In this document: in pieces, positions 12,591 to 25,951 of the stretch
How positions within the stretch are numbered: the stretch's first letter is position 1
How the letters are laid out: every line of letters begins with the position of its first letter
NCBI GenBank assembly: GCA_038496445.1
Contig: JALMLS010000027.1
Span: forward strand, 124,001-188,000
DNA from: Trichosphaerium sp. ATCC 40318
Taxonomy: Eukaryota; Protista; Tubulinea
Direction of reading: 5' to 3'
Length of the DNA: 64,000 nt
Translations under genes and position numbers: made by a program
Notes under the pieces: model-generated
Databases searched by the model: none
What the model saw: the letters and a program-made list of their open reading frames with translations, nothing else
What the model was told of the DNA's origin: nothing

Positions 12591-13035
12591 GTTGAGTATT
12601 GTGGTTCTGACATCACTCAAGCTTTCGTTATTATCACGTGTAGCTAAAGAAAGGAAACATACTGTGGACTTTGTTATTTTTAGGGCAATCCGTTCAACAA
12701 ATAGTATTGTTTTTACAATTTTCTACCGGTAGAGCGTTAGGAATACCGACTGTATTCAGAACACATGTCAAAACTGTATATTCACTAATATCATTCATGA
12801 ATATTCACAGGCGACGTTTGCAGGAGCTTGTAATGGATCGGTTTGTAACGCTTGTGCGCTGTTGCCCCGTGACTAATTTTTTTAGACAGGTAATCGGTTG
12901 AACAACCCCAAAGTCAAGAACCTTGACTGTAAAAAATGTAAAGAGTAACGAAGGCTAGTAATCGGAAATTTTTCATTTCAGTCAAAGAGTTTGAGAGACG
13001 TGACAGAGAGCTCTGTGTTCGGTAAAATTATTTAT

Positions 13036-15593
13036 TTACAGTAAGTAATCAAAACCACTAAAAATTTTTCTCACTTTTGTTTTACAAAACGGCAGTAAGA
13101 AGCCAATAACCAATAGCAAGCATTAAAGCTATTTCAATAAAACCAGCCAAGAAGCCAGTTTTAATAAAATCAAGTGTTGACAAATATCTGTTTCCGTCTT
13201 TATCCTTCTCTGCAAACGTTGCAGCATTAGGGAATGATGTTACAGGAAGAGCCTAGAAACGTATTTCATCAGTAAAAGAAACTATAGGACAACTAAAAAG
13301 TCAAGAAAGTTCGTACCATTGCTCCAGAGTCAAGGAGTACTGATCCTACAACAAGGGCACGCCAGTGGCCTTTGGAGCATGATCCTTCTACGGAAATACC
13401 ACCAGCAAGCTCACAAGCAACGCTTGCTACAATTGGTAGAATAATAATAGATGCAACAGTATGTGAAATGAAATTAGCAAAGAGCCAAGTGAAAGTCCCG
13501 AAAGCCTGTAAGAAAAGAAAAATTAGTTCAGTGAAATACTCGTTTACATCTCTTGGTAGTTGTTACTTACCACCAATACTAGGTATGTTGATGCATGCGC
13601 TGAGTTTAGCACATCTTTAATGGCAAAAGCGATGACATGCAGTAGCCCAGAGTTTTGTATAGCTTCACCAAGAACTACACCTCCAGCCAAGAGCATGAGT
13701 ACATCCCATGACAATGCTTTAAAGTCCTTTACACTACAAGAGGACTTAGGTTAAGATTTATGATTATAAGACATACGTCAAGAAACCAAAACCAAAGAAT
13801 ACAACTACTGGTATCAAAGAAATCATACCCACACTTCCAAGGTACCTATGCCAACAGTCAAAAAAGAGTTGACAAAAAACAACAGCGTACTCTTTGACTT
13901 GATCGTTAACAGCCCACAAGACAATTGTAAGAACACTAATTAAACCAACTACAGCATGGCGCCATGATAGAGGAGCTAAGTCAACAGGAGGAAGTGGTTC
14001 TACCTTTTCAAGTTCTAGAAAGAAAATGTTAGCAAACAATGCACTCACAAGTAAACTTACTTGGCCTGAACCATAACCATAAAAATACGAATGTAGCCGC
14101 TGTACATAGTAGAGAATACGGTAAAGCAACAGCCATAAAATTACCCCAATTTAATCTTTCCCCAAGCGTCCTTGACAAAAAATTGTGAGCATTTTGAACA
14201 GACAATCAAAAAGGGATAACAACCAACTATTCTTGAACGTACATATTTGGTAATAGATCAGGACCATGTTCATTGATGGTATTGAAAGCATTTATGTTCT
14301 GTGGACTGGATATAGGCGTTGGCATACCACCTAAAGCCCGTGAATAAGAAAAAATAATCACAAAAAGATAATGCAAAATTATGCCGATCTAAATAAATAA
14401 TACAAAAACAGAGTTACTTCATTTACGACGTACCTATGTTATTAGAGAATGCGATACCAAGTAATAATGCTTTAGCATATCTATCTTTAGCTGAAAGGGA
14501 TCGTAAAATAGGTTGTACAAGCGATAAACATACGACTAATGGCTATAAGTCCCAAAAAAAATGTTACTTGATGTCAAACCTGGAGAAGCCACATTAGATA
14601 TCCACATTGACATGAAAACACCCAAAAACATAATTGTAGCCATGACAACTTTAGGGTTAGTGCCTACGCGAGATAGAGTTTGTTGAGCCTAATGAAGAAG
14701 AGAGTTAAAAGCAGATACAATAAAATTAAGGATTTTAGTGTTCAAAGTGGTTTTGTGGCCTACTTTTCGCTAAACCTCTTTAAAAAATGTACAAAAATAA
14801 AGAGAGCATAGTACTCGTCATTTACGCAAAAACATGGGAGGTTTGAAAATAAGTCAATAAAACGTACCAAACGAACGCTTATTTCGTATTTACTCAATGC
14901 TGATGTCATAGTAAATGCTCCAAAGGCCAATAGAACAGTACTGTCGAATAATTTTTTGGTTACGATATCTGCTGTATCTGCAGCGTCCAAACATACGTTA
15001 TCCTGATCATCCTTCATCATTACACGTAACCAAGTTACGAGAGGAGGTATGAGAAGCGCTGTAGTCCAAATAGGAATGGCCTATTTATTTTGTAAGGTTT
15101 TTCCGCTTTGTGGCCAGTAAGTACCTCAGAAGCCCACAAAATACCAACGAAAACGAGAATAGCGAGGCATCTGTGTGCGCACTTGTGACCCTGTGTAACA
15201 CGTAAACTTGGGTTTCGCGAAATTTATGCCATCAATACCTTCAGTATGCCAGGAACTGCGAAAATGATCGTTGCAGCCAAAACAGCAACAATAATACAAA
15301 TTAATTTTATAAGCAGAGTCCTAAACCTCTTCTTGCTGCTACAAAGGCGTTATTTAGCAACATGTCACAGTTGGGTACTGGGGTTCAAGCGAAAAAGAAA
15401 ACTACCTTTCTACTTTATCTACGAACGGTAAAACGTTGCCTTTCTCTTCATCTATCGACTCTTCATCGTCTAGTTGTATATTTCCGTCGCTATAGGCAAG
15501 TCCATTTGGTTTGTACGCAACTTTGCGTTTTCCTCTGGGACTTGGAATGAGTGTATCGTTTTCATCCGAGTTAACACTGGAAGGCCTAGACAT
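13036..15593 (-). CDS. Pho87/Pho90/Pho91-like (DASS/SLC13) low-affinity phosphate transporter, no SPX domain
   Basis: AHRCLAILVFVGILWASEAIP, SMWISNVASP, GIAFSSNIGGMPTPISSPQN, FISHTVASIIILP, GAMALPVTSFPN, YLSTLDFIKTG. Confidence 0.9.
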
Positions 15594-15791
15594 GACGACT
15601 TTTTTTCACAAATAAGAAAATTTGTCTTAAATTACTCAGATCGAACTTAACCTCCCTTTCTACTTATAGAAAGTGGGTGGGCCAATAATACAAAAAGGGA
15701 ACATAGTTTCGAGAGGTTATTTGTACAAGTGTTGTATTTACGAGCTGGTTTTGATCATTTTTCCCTTTTTAAACATCAGGCGTGCAGTCGA

Positions 15792-17167
15792 TTAGATTGT
15801 GTCCCACCTAATCAGAAAAACGTAAGTACTCCACGCATACACCTTTCATAAGCTCTCACGTACCAATTCTTGGCACTCAAGCCTTTTGTTTTTACTGCTG
15901 TCTTATTGTTTTCGTGTAGCGCTATGTTCGCTATATCAGGGTCGAAGTAACCTTCTACATCCTTTAAATCATCCACTGAAGTCACTACATCAGTTGGTCC
16001 AACACCCTTTAGAAATATAATCGTTAGAAAAAAACCTTCAACCAACCTTATCTTTGCTGTCTTACCTGACCTCCAATACATCTTGGGAATACCTTAGTCA
16101 CTTCTTTACATGTCTCGTAGCGAATGGCTTCAAATTTTATACACCAGGTGAGGTCGTCACTGACTTTATAATAGTATTTTAAAAACTGACCACATTTCTT
16201 CTCGTGCAACAACTAAAAGGAGTGTCAACAGTTTACAGATAAACTTGTTTATAAATCAGTACCATGCAGAGCTTTACTATACGTTCGTTCAACACAGCAG
16301 TACCTTTTCGAGGACCACCAACCCTTGCAAACGTAGCAGTCTTTGGCAGAACAACATCGATTTTCGAATTATCTTTACTCTTCTCCTCTTCTTCTTCGTC
16401 CTCCTCACTTTTATCTTCCTCACTCTCTTCATCATTTTCTTTCTTCACCTCTTTCTTAATCTCTACCTTTGTTTTTACATCTGACATTTCAACATCTTTA
16501 TCTTTGTTATCCTCTTTACAGTCTACATCAATTTCCCATTCAAATTCGTGAGCGTATTCATCGGCTACATGCCAACCAAATAGAATTTGAATCATCTGAT
16601 GAAGCTCTACACTATTTAGCGCGCTGCTACTTGAATACCTTTCGAGATGAATAATTGAGAAAGTCTTCTGTTTTTGAAGTTACGGTTAAACGTCAAACGT
16701 ACCTTGAATGGATGCATTTAATCTTACAACGATATTGCGGTATATTGGTACTGTGAACGTAAGTTTTGTAATTACATTACTTGTAAAATGATTGTTGTAC
16801 CTTCTTCGGGGCTTTCTAGCGTCAGCTTTAACTCTACGCAAGTCTGAAAAGCAAGGCGCCAACCGTGTTTTCGTAAATGTTCCATGATAGCGTAAAGCGT
16901 TGTTTTTTGGCGCTTGGCATCTCCTCCATCGGCTTTATCCGCGTTTTCTTCTCTAACACGCTTTCTTCTGTTTAAAGATTCGATAACCGTTTCGTCTGTT
17001 ACTACTAGACCCTCATCCAATGGTGTGGTGCGCAAGATACGCAATTCTTCTTTTAGCGCAGCCAAACGCGCCCGAATCTCTAATTCTTTCTCTGTAGCAG
17101 GTATTGTGCTTGGGTCAATGACTTTGGGCTCATCTGGTGCCTTGGTAGTTGCAGGGGCGTCAGCCAT
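15792..17167 (-). CDS. pRiA4b ORF-3 / MM3350-like domain protein with N-terminal coiled coil and acidic insert
   Basis: Spliced: ELKLTLESPEEVPIYRNIVVRLNASIQELHQMIQILFGWHVADEYAHEF..FLKYYYKVSDDLTW..FPRCIGGQGVGP..FDPDIANIAL. This follows the motif order of the pRiA4b ORF-3 family. Confidence 0.7.
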
Positions 17168-17292
17168 TTCCCACGTATGCGCACCAATCTAATAGATCCT
17201 CTACAAAACTTCTAAACCTGTTCACAAGTGTTTTCTGTACTGACTTAACCCTGAAATGTCATTTCTGTAAATTCGTAAATCAAACAAACCCA

Positions 17293-17701
17293 ATGGCTGC
17301 GCGCAAGCTTCCTGCAATGCGTGCGTCGAGCGAAAAAAGCAATTCAGAATTTGATAAACATTTAGGCAGCCGAGAATCAGCAAGTTTAGGTAAAGCAGAC
17401 GATTTAACAACGGGAAGAGAAGATTATTGGTCTGATGAACTGAGTTAGTACTTTAGCATAGCCACAAGTTTTCACGTGCAAAATCTATTCCATCGACGCT
17501 TGTTTGCGCTAACAAAGCGTAGGGTCAGAGTCACGGGAAGAAACAATAGCAAAAGCAAACGAAGAACAAAACGTTAGACTTTCTTCACCGCTTTCAGTCA
17601 GTACGATAAGCATGCAAAGCGCTTCTAGAGTAGAATTGACAAACGGCGATCACGAGAAAAAGAAAAAAAAGCAAAAAAAAAAGTGTTGTATTATAATGTG
17701 A
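17293..17701 (+). CDS. Small (109 aa) predicted prenylated protein with polybasic-CCIIM C-terminus
   Basis: ATG at 17293, GT-AG intron 17444-17522 in phase 1, exon 2 ends HEKKKKKQKKKCCIIM-TGA. Confidence 0.75.
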
Positions 17702-17818
17702 GCCGCCCTAAAAGCTAGCGCGGAGTTTTGTAGTTTTAGAAAATAAGCCCCAAAAAAAAAAATAGACATTCAAGGATGGCGTAAATCCTAGTTTATTAAA
17801 ATAATAAACAGAAGTTGT

Positions 17819-19442
<1,624 letters not shown>

Positions 19443-19720
19443 GGTGTTTGATACGATTTCTACTTTTCTCAGTGAATTTCGCCTTTTGACTTTCCTTGAC
19501 ATCAGTGTTTTAGCAACAAAATAGCTACTTTTGCAAAAAACTCGAATTTTCTATGTTGCAACACAAAAGCATAGTGGTACATATCGCAGGAAGCAAGCAG
19601 CTTTTGTTTCTAGAATTGCAACCTTTCTTCTTAAAGAAATCTAAAAAAAAACATGAAAGAATTACACAAATGTCGTTATTATTAATACACGTGAGTCCTT
19701 TTTCTTTTTTTTTTTCTAAC

Positions 19721-22700
19721 TTACATGGCGCGACGTGCCGGAGATTCTAGGAGTTTACTCCTCTTGTACAGTTCCTTGTCGTCCATATGATACATATGCT
19801 TTCGCAAAAATTCCTCAATTTCAGGGTTAGGCGCTTCAAACATTGATTGCTTGAAAGGCGTGTTCTGGACAAACTGGATGCGTTGTAATACTGCACCAAT
19901 CATTGTCATCTTTTTCCAGTTGATAAGACCGTTATCTAATAATGACAGGTTACCATCTTTGATAAATGTCAAATCTGACAGGTACAATCCTATTTTAAAA
20001 TTTAGAGACATGTGCGCTTAATAAATTTGAACATGAAATAAACACATACCAATATATGGAACGAATGGTGGCTTGGCTGCAGCTAGGGGTCTGTATTGCT
20101 TCCAATTTTCATCTGGTGACATTATATCTAAGAAAAAATGAGCTAACGGTGCCACTCGAGTCCATCCACGTACTTGTCAATGCATCAAACATGAGTTTAT
20201 ACTTCTTTCCAAGCAATTCCCAAGTCTGTCGCAAACGTCGAACAGAGGTGTTATTGAGACCATTCAATATCTCAAGTACGCCAGAGTAATTCTTATACTT
20301 GAAGCAATACTGTAAAAAAACAAGTCAGCAACGTAAAAACACATTAAAGAACGGCTTACCTGTGCTATTAAAATGAACTTTTTGATAACGCTTAACCTCT
20401 GTCTAGGATTAGCAGTATTGATCACTTCTGTAGCAACCCATGATGATACAGTATTTACATTATGGATCATTAAAAATAGAGACCGAGCTTTAGTCATACG
20501 TTGATCTTTTTGTTTACCACTAATGTAAAACAAGATATCTAAAACAAAAAAAAGTTCAGAGAGTTTTCAACCAAGTATAATTTTTCGTGTCATATTTGCA
20601 TACCTTGGTATGTCACTTTAGTGAATAGACTCATCTCATAACGAGATAATTGACTCGCAAAAGTAAGCTAAACAAAGTGTCAGATAAACAAACAAAACTA
20701 AAGAAAATATCCAAGAACAAACAAAAAATAACATGTAATTTTCACGTACTGGATCGAAATCTAGGATTGTTTTCACTGTAGGTTGGGTAGGTTCAAGGAC
20801 AATTATGTCCTTTTGCATTTCTTTACATTGAACTGTAGTAAGCTAAAATAAAGGGTTTAGAAGAAGAGTACCAACTGTTTAAAAGATCCAAAAAAACTCC
20901 AGAAAAGCAAAACAATACTAACCGTAAAAACATAGTTCAACAATTCGTTGAACTTCAAATTGTCTTCCTTCTCTTTCTTGGGTTTTATAAGACCCTTTCT
21001 TAGTATACGCGTAGCTAAAGTCAATGCCTCTGCTTCATTAAGACCAAGAACAGAATTACTCCACTTAATTATTTGCAAGCCTTTAACGGGCTGCTGTTTC
21101 TTTGTTTTTAGAAATTTGCCTTTTTTAGATGACACCAATTTAAGCACCATCTGTGCAGCGATTGGTTGTAAATCATCTTGGTCAAATCCATTTTCCTAAA
21201 CCAACAATGAGCCCCTTATCCATATAAAAACACCACCAAACACGTGTTGTATAAGATTTGGTGGACTGAATGACGAAAAGCACGTGCCTTGAATTTAATA
21301 ATCGTGTGCATACGAGAAAATGACGGATTAGTAGCGTCCTCGGAGTGGTGCAATTCAACAGAGTTGATAAAGTTGTGTAATAATATCAAACAATCTCTAT
21401 CATGTGTAAAACTTTCAAAATTCATCTTAACCCACATTGACAACATATCAAGTACTCTAAAAAAACCCCAATAAGACTCCACACGGCCACCAATACTATA
21501 ACCCAAATAACATTAACTTTTTGAACAACGCACCTCGATCGCACTTTTTTACTATGGGTGTAATGATCCATCAACATTTTTATAATTTTAGAAGGCGTCT
21601 TTTCAAAATAATCAAGTGTCAAGAAAAACGTTCGGACATACGACACTACGAGTAGTTCTTAGTAAAAATAACAATTATAATGTAAGACAATACCTTGCTT
21701 TGTTGTCATGAGGTATCCTACAAGTGCATCTAATGGTCCTGATACAATAACCTAGAAGACTTTGTTAACAAAACTTTTTTTAAACAACAAAGATTATTAA
21801 CATACCTCTTTTCCATTTGCAACAACCTCGGTATTTAGACCTACAATAGAATCTTCAAGTTTATCAAGAGCTTCCCAAGTATTATACTCATCATTATCTA
21901 GTGGCTAAAGAAAGAAAATTATAAACGGACAAAGAACAAAGAAACAAATCCACAAAAAAAATAAATTACCATTGAAAAACTGCCAAGAACAAGTTCTTGT
22001 TCTTTCATCAAGTCTTCTGACTCATCAGTTGCGTTTGTCCTAGGACTGTGTTTTATAAGTAATCATTGTAGGTTTCATAATATGTTACCTAGCACAAGGC
22101 GTAGTGGGTTCTGCGCGTGTGGTACAATCCCAACTTGACATACATGGTGCAGACTTACATCTACGCAGACGTGTAGTAAAAATAGGATCATCTGCTTGTA
22201 TTTTGAATCGTGTCTTTGTTTGTACATCGCCAACTGTCCACAAATACCTACATATGCGTCAAAACTACAATGAGCAGCATATAGTATATACAGTACCTCA
22301 TAGAGGACAGAGGAAGCGGTCTTGTACGCATATGACCTACTTCATCTAGAGCTACTTTTGAAATAAGCACACGCGCCAGTTTAGACACCACATCGCCGTC
22401 AACATTTAGCCTACGAACAGCACGACCTAAAGAACACTGTTAGAGCGTATATTTAACTAGACAAAATAAACCATACCAACACGTTGCTGAGATAAACTAA
22501 AAGATGCAGCACGTGGTCTACCCTGTCTACTTGGCGGAACACGCGCTGTTGCAGCTCTATTATTTACAGGAGACGCTAGCGGTAGCGGGTTGGAGATTCG
22601 TGTAGTTGCAGCGCCAGCAGACTAAATCCAAGGTAAGTATTTCTAAGAATTCATTCATTCGAAAACTGTTATTTTGCTAAAGAACCACTCTTGTGACTGT

Positions 22701-24953
22701 ACCTTACGCAAGCGACCTCCTGGAGGTACTGGACGTTTGACTTTTTGTTTAGTAAAAGTACCACTGCCTGTAGTACTTTTATTACCCTTCCTTCTGGGTG
22801 ACTTCACCCTAGGTGACTTCTTCTTCTTACCACTAGTACCGTTTGGTTTTTGTAGGGATTCTTTTTTCGGATTTAACTTTAATTTAGGTACTGGCCGTAT
22901 CAATGGTCGCTTTGGAGGAGCTGCAGCACGTACTGAGCCGTAACTAAAGTCATACATAAGGTTATGAAATTTGACAGGCTGCTGTTTGTACAAAGTTGCT
23001 TAACGTACTTGCTGCTCAAAATATCAACTGGCATGCCTGCATGGGTTGTTTGAGAACGATGTCTGAACGAATTTGAATCAGGAGTCGGTCCAGCATGTCG
23101 CATTGAATGAGAACTTGGTATGATGCGATGAGACAAAGGACCTCTAGGATTATGCCGTGGTAATGGAGGACCCTTTATGGAATAAGCATTCAGAGTAACT
23201 ATACAAAAAAAGTGCGTACGCCCTCCTCAAAGAAAGTTTCTGAACTCCTACTTGAAAGCATAGGATTTGGAGTCACTCTCCTTGAACCAGTAGGTGCCGG
23301 GGTAGACGTAGCACGACATGTTAATTTATAAGCAGAGCTAAGAAGAAAAAAATAAGCAAAAAACCTCCAACTTTGGAAAATACAATATCAATACGTACTG
23401 GTGTTGTGGTGGCGCTGGAGGAGGCTTATTTGGCATCTTCGGTGGCTCTAGTAAAGTATTAGTCAATATATCAATTAGCAGTCCAATTGTGCGTACGGTT
23501 AGAGGGTAACTTAGGAATTTTAGCATTAGATGGCGTTGGTGGAGGTTTACGCGAAGGAGGCGTAGGCGATGGTTCATCAGTCAACTTTGGTGTCTTGGGT
23601 TCTCTCATAGTGGCGCTGAGTGGTGAGGGAAAATACTTAGGGCTTGTCATAGGCCGTGGTGATTTTCTCTTTTTTGTAGATGACCGTTTGGTTTTTTTAA
23701 GTTTTAAGCTTCCAGATTGCCTTTCTCGTTCCAAGCTTGGTGGAGAGGAAAATCTAGCGCCCCTTGCACTATGTGGTCCACTTGATATGCTATCCATTGT
23801 TTTAAACTTTTTGAGCTTTCCAGGCTTTTCTGTTAGCACCTTCCTACTATCTCCTTTACTCGTTTTGCTCTTTGAAATAATTCTATCGCTTTTATCCCGT
23901 TTCTTTGACTTTCGCCCATCTGTTTTCCTTCGCTTAGCTTTCTTGGCGGACGCTGAGTCTTTTGCATTGTCTCTAATTTTTCTATCACGCTTTTCTTTTC
24001 TTTCTTTTTTTGACGGTTTTTCAAGTTTTACATGCTTCTCTGGCTTAGTATCTTCCTCACTCACATCTCCACTAGCTGTATCTGCACTACGTGGACTCAA
24101 AGGCTCATCAGGTGACGGTGGAGGATCACCAACAAATTCTATGAAGCCTACAGCTTGTCCTGTACCAATAACAGATTCATCAGCGTCAACAATATCTTTA
24201 TCTTTCGAGGCTCCTTCTATCGCTTCTAAAGAATGATCTTGTGATATAGTAATCTTTTTTATAGATGGCGCTCTTGATGTTAGCCCTATTAAACTGAATT
24301 AGCGTACACAGCGCTCCAATAATTAATTTGAAGGGTTATACGGTCCAAACAGTCGCCCCATTTTTATGTGGGTCGTTTCATGAAGTAAAAACTTCAACGA
24401 TCAAAATACTCTATAAAGAAAAAATTTCTATTCCTGTACCTTCATTGACGTAAGATAAAAAGCCTTGAGTTCCATCTTGTGTCTTTTTATCATGACCAGA
24501 TATATAATCAATATCTGGTTTTTCTTCTTCTTGTCCATCCTCTATGAATGACATGAAGCCCTTGGCTGGATTTAGCGAGTGTTACGCCAAAATCAAATAA
24601 AAGTGACAGAAAATTAAAAAAACCGATTCCTTCCTTACTTGTGCTCTTGAGTTATCGAATAGATTATCTTTACGTGGCATTGGAGGTGCTATCATGTGTT
24701 CAAGGGATTCTGTTTCATGTCGTAGCAATGAACGCGTCGGGTCAGATCCAGAGCTGTTGTGTGTGGTATCTGTACCATTAGTTTGAGCCCTGGAATTTGT
24801 GAGTTGTTTTAACAAACAAAAACCTCAAGTTCGGCAATCGTACAACATTTGTGCGGTACTATCTAGGTTGCGCGTTATGCCGCGTCTTCGTTCAAGTTTG
24901 GGTTTTTCACTTCTTGTGGGGGAAATGGGTTGATCCGGATCTTCGTTGTACAT
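19721..24953 (-). CDS. RasGEF (long Pro/Lys/Ser-rich N-terminus, REM, DEP, CDC25 domains)
   Basis: REM: SGPLDALVGYL, YVRTFFLTLDYF, RVLDMLSMWV. DEP-like: KGLQIIKW..EAEALTLATRILRKGLIKP. CDC25: VSSWVATEV, PYIGLYLSDLTFIKDGN, LINWKKM. 5' end approximate. Confidence 0.88.
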
Positions 24954-25951
24954 AATAAGCACTGGAGCGTGCTGTGAAATATCTACACTTGCGTCAGCGC
25001 ACTTTCATGTTCAAACAATAAAAAATAACAAACTTATTGTCTAGGTTGCGCTATTCAAAGGCCGAAGTAAATTGGCGTTGGTTTTGTAGTGTTTCTAAGA
25101 TCTTGCCAAAAGAAGTCGCAAACACAAAAAACTGTGTTTACGCTACGTACCTGCTATCTAGGCAATCATCAACCGCGTTTTGATTACCACAGAGTCTGCG
25201 CAAAAAAAAACTACACGTTGGTTCAACTGTAGTCCCTCAAATACACTGCTACTTGGCGTGGCCTTATGTCTAACCACTGTAGTACTAAAGATAGATAAAG
25301 TGCCTTAATACAGTAGTCAATTCATTCTCTTGTTCCAGCAATGCTTCGTGTATTACGCGAACATAAGCCACCATTGAGACTAATAGTGCAAGACAATAAA
25401 TAAACACGCAACAACCACGTTAAAGCAATAATTGTCAAATAACAAACGCACATCGTTGTGTTCTTGCATTTGCACTACTTGTCAGATAATTTGGTATCTT
25501 TATAAAAAAAGTTAGCTGTACAAACTAGCCACTGATCTTTGCCGTGTCGTTCTAAAACGCAAAGCAAGGACCTATAGTTGGTAAATACCAACTGCTATAA
25601 TTGGGATTCGCGTTTACATCTAAAGCGATCATTAAAACAAAGAGCAAATGCCTCACAGAACTATTTTTTGTTTACACGCTGCTTTGAGCAAGCTCCCTTT
25701 TATTGCTAACCGCTTCACTCGGTAGAATCAGAGAATGCCTTGCGCATGCAATTAGCCACATGTTGATGGTACCAATAGTTTTGGCAGTGCGACAGTGACT
25801 ATGAAGAAACAAATTAAACTTTCAGCCCGTTATTGTTTGTTCCCTTCACGTGTCAACATATTCTTTCTTACTATGTTGCTTATTGAGTTCCATGTACGCC
25901 ATCAAAAAGGGAACTGTCGAGAATGAATTTTTTTTTGTTTATTTCTATTAT

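Noticed and set aside
12480-12980. Minus-strand frame with two in-frame TGA codons, one in C-TGA-T-D-C, suggesting a UxxC selenoprotein
   Set aside because: No recognisable fold or SECIS. The region is better explained as the upstream/5' region of the F-box/LRR gene, and its lower part lies in the degraded duplicate.
23487-24236. 249-aa plus-strand ORF, and similar antisense ORFs such as 16264-16551 and 1475-1894
   Set aside because: Antisense shadows of low-complexity or genuine exons on the opposite strand.
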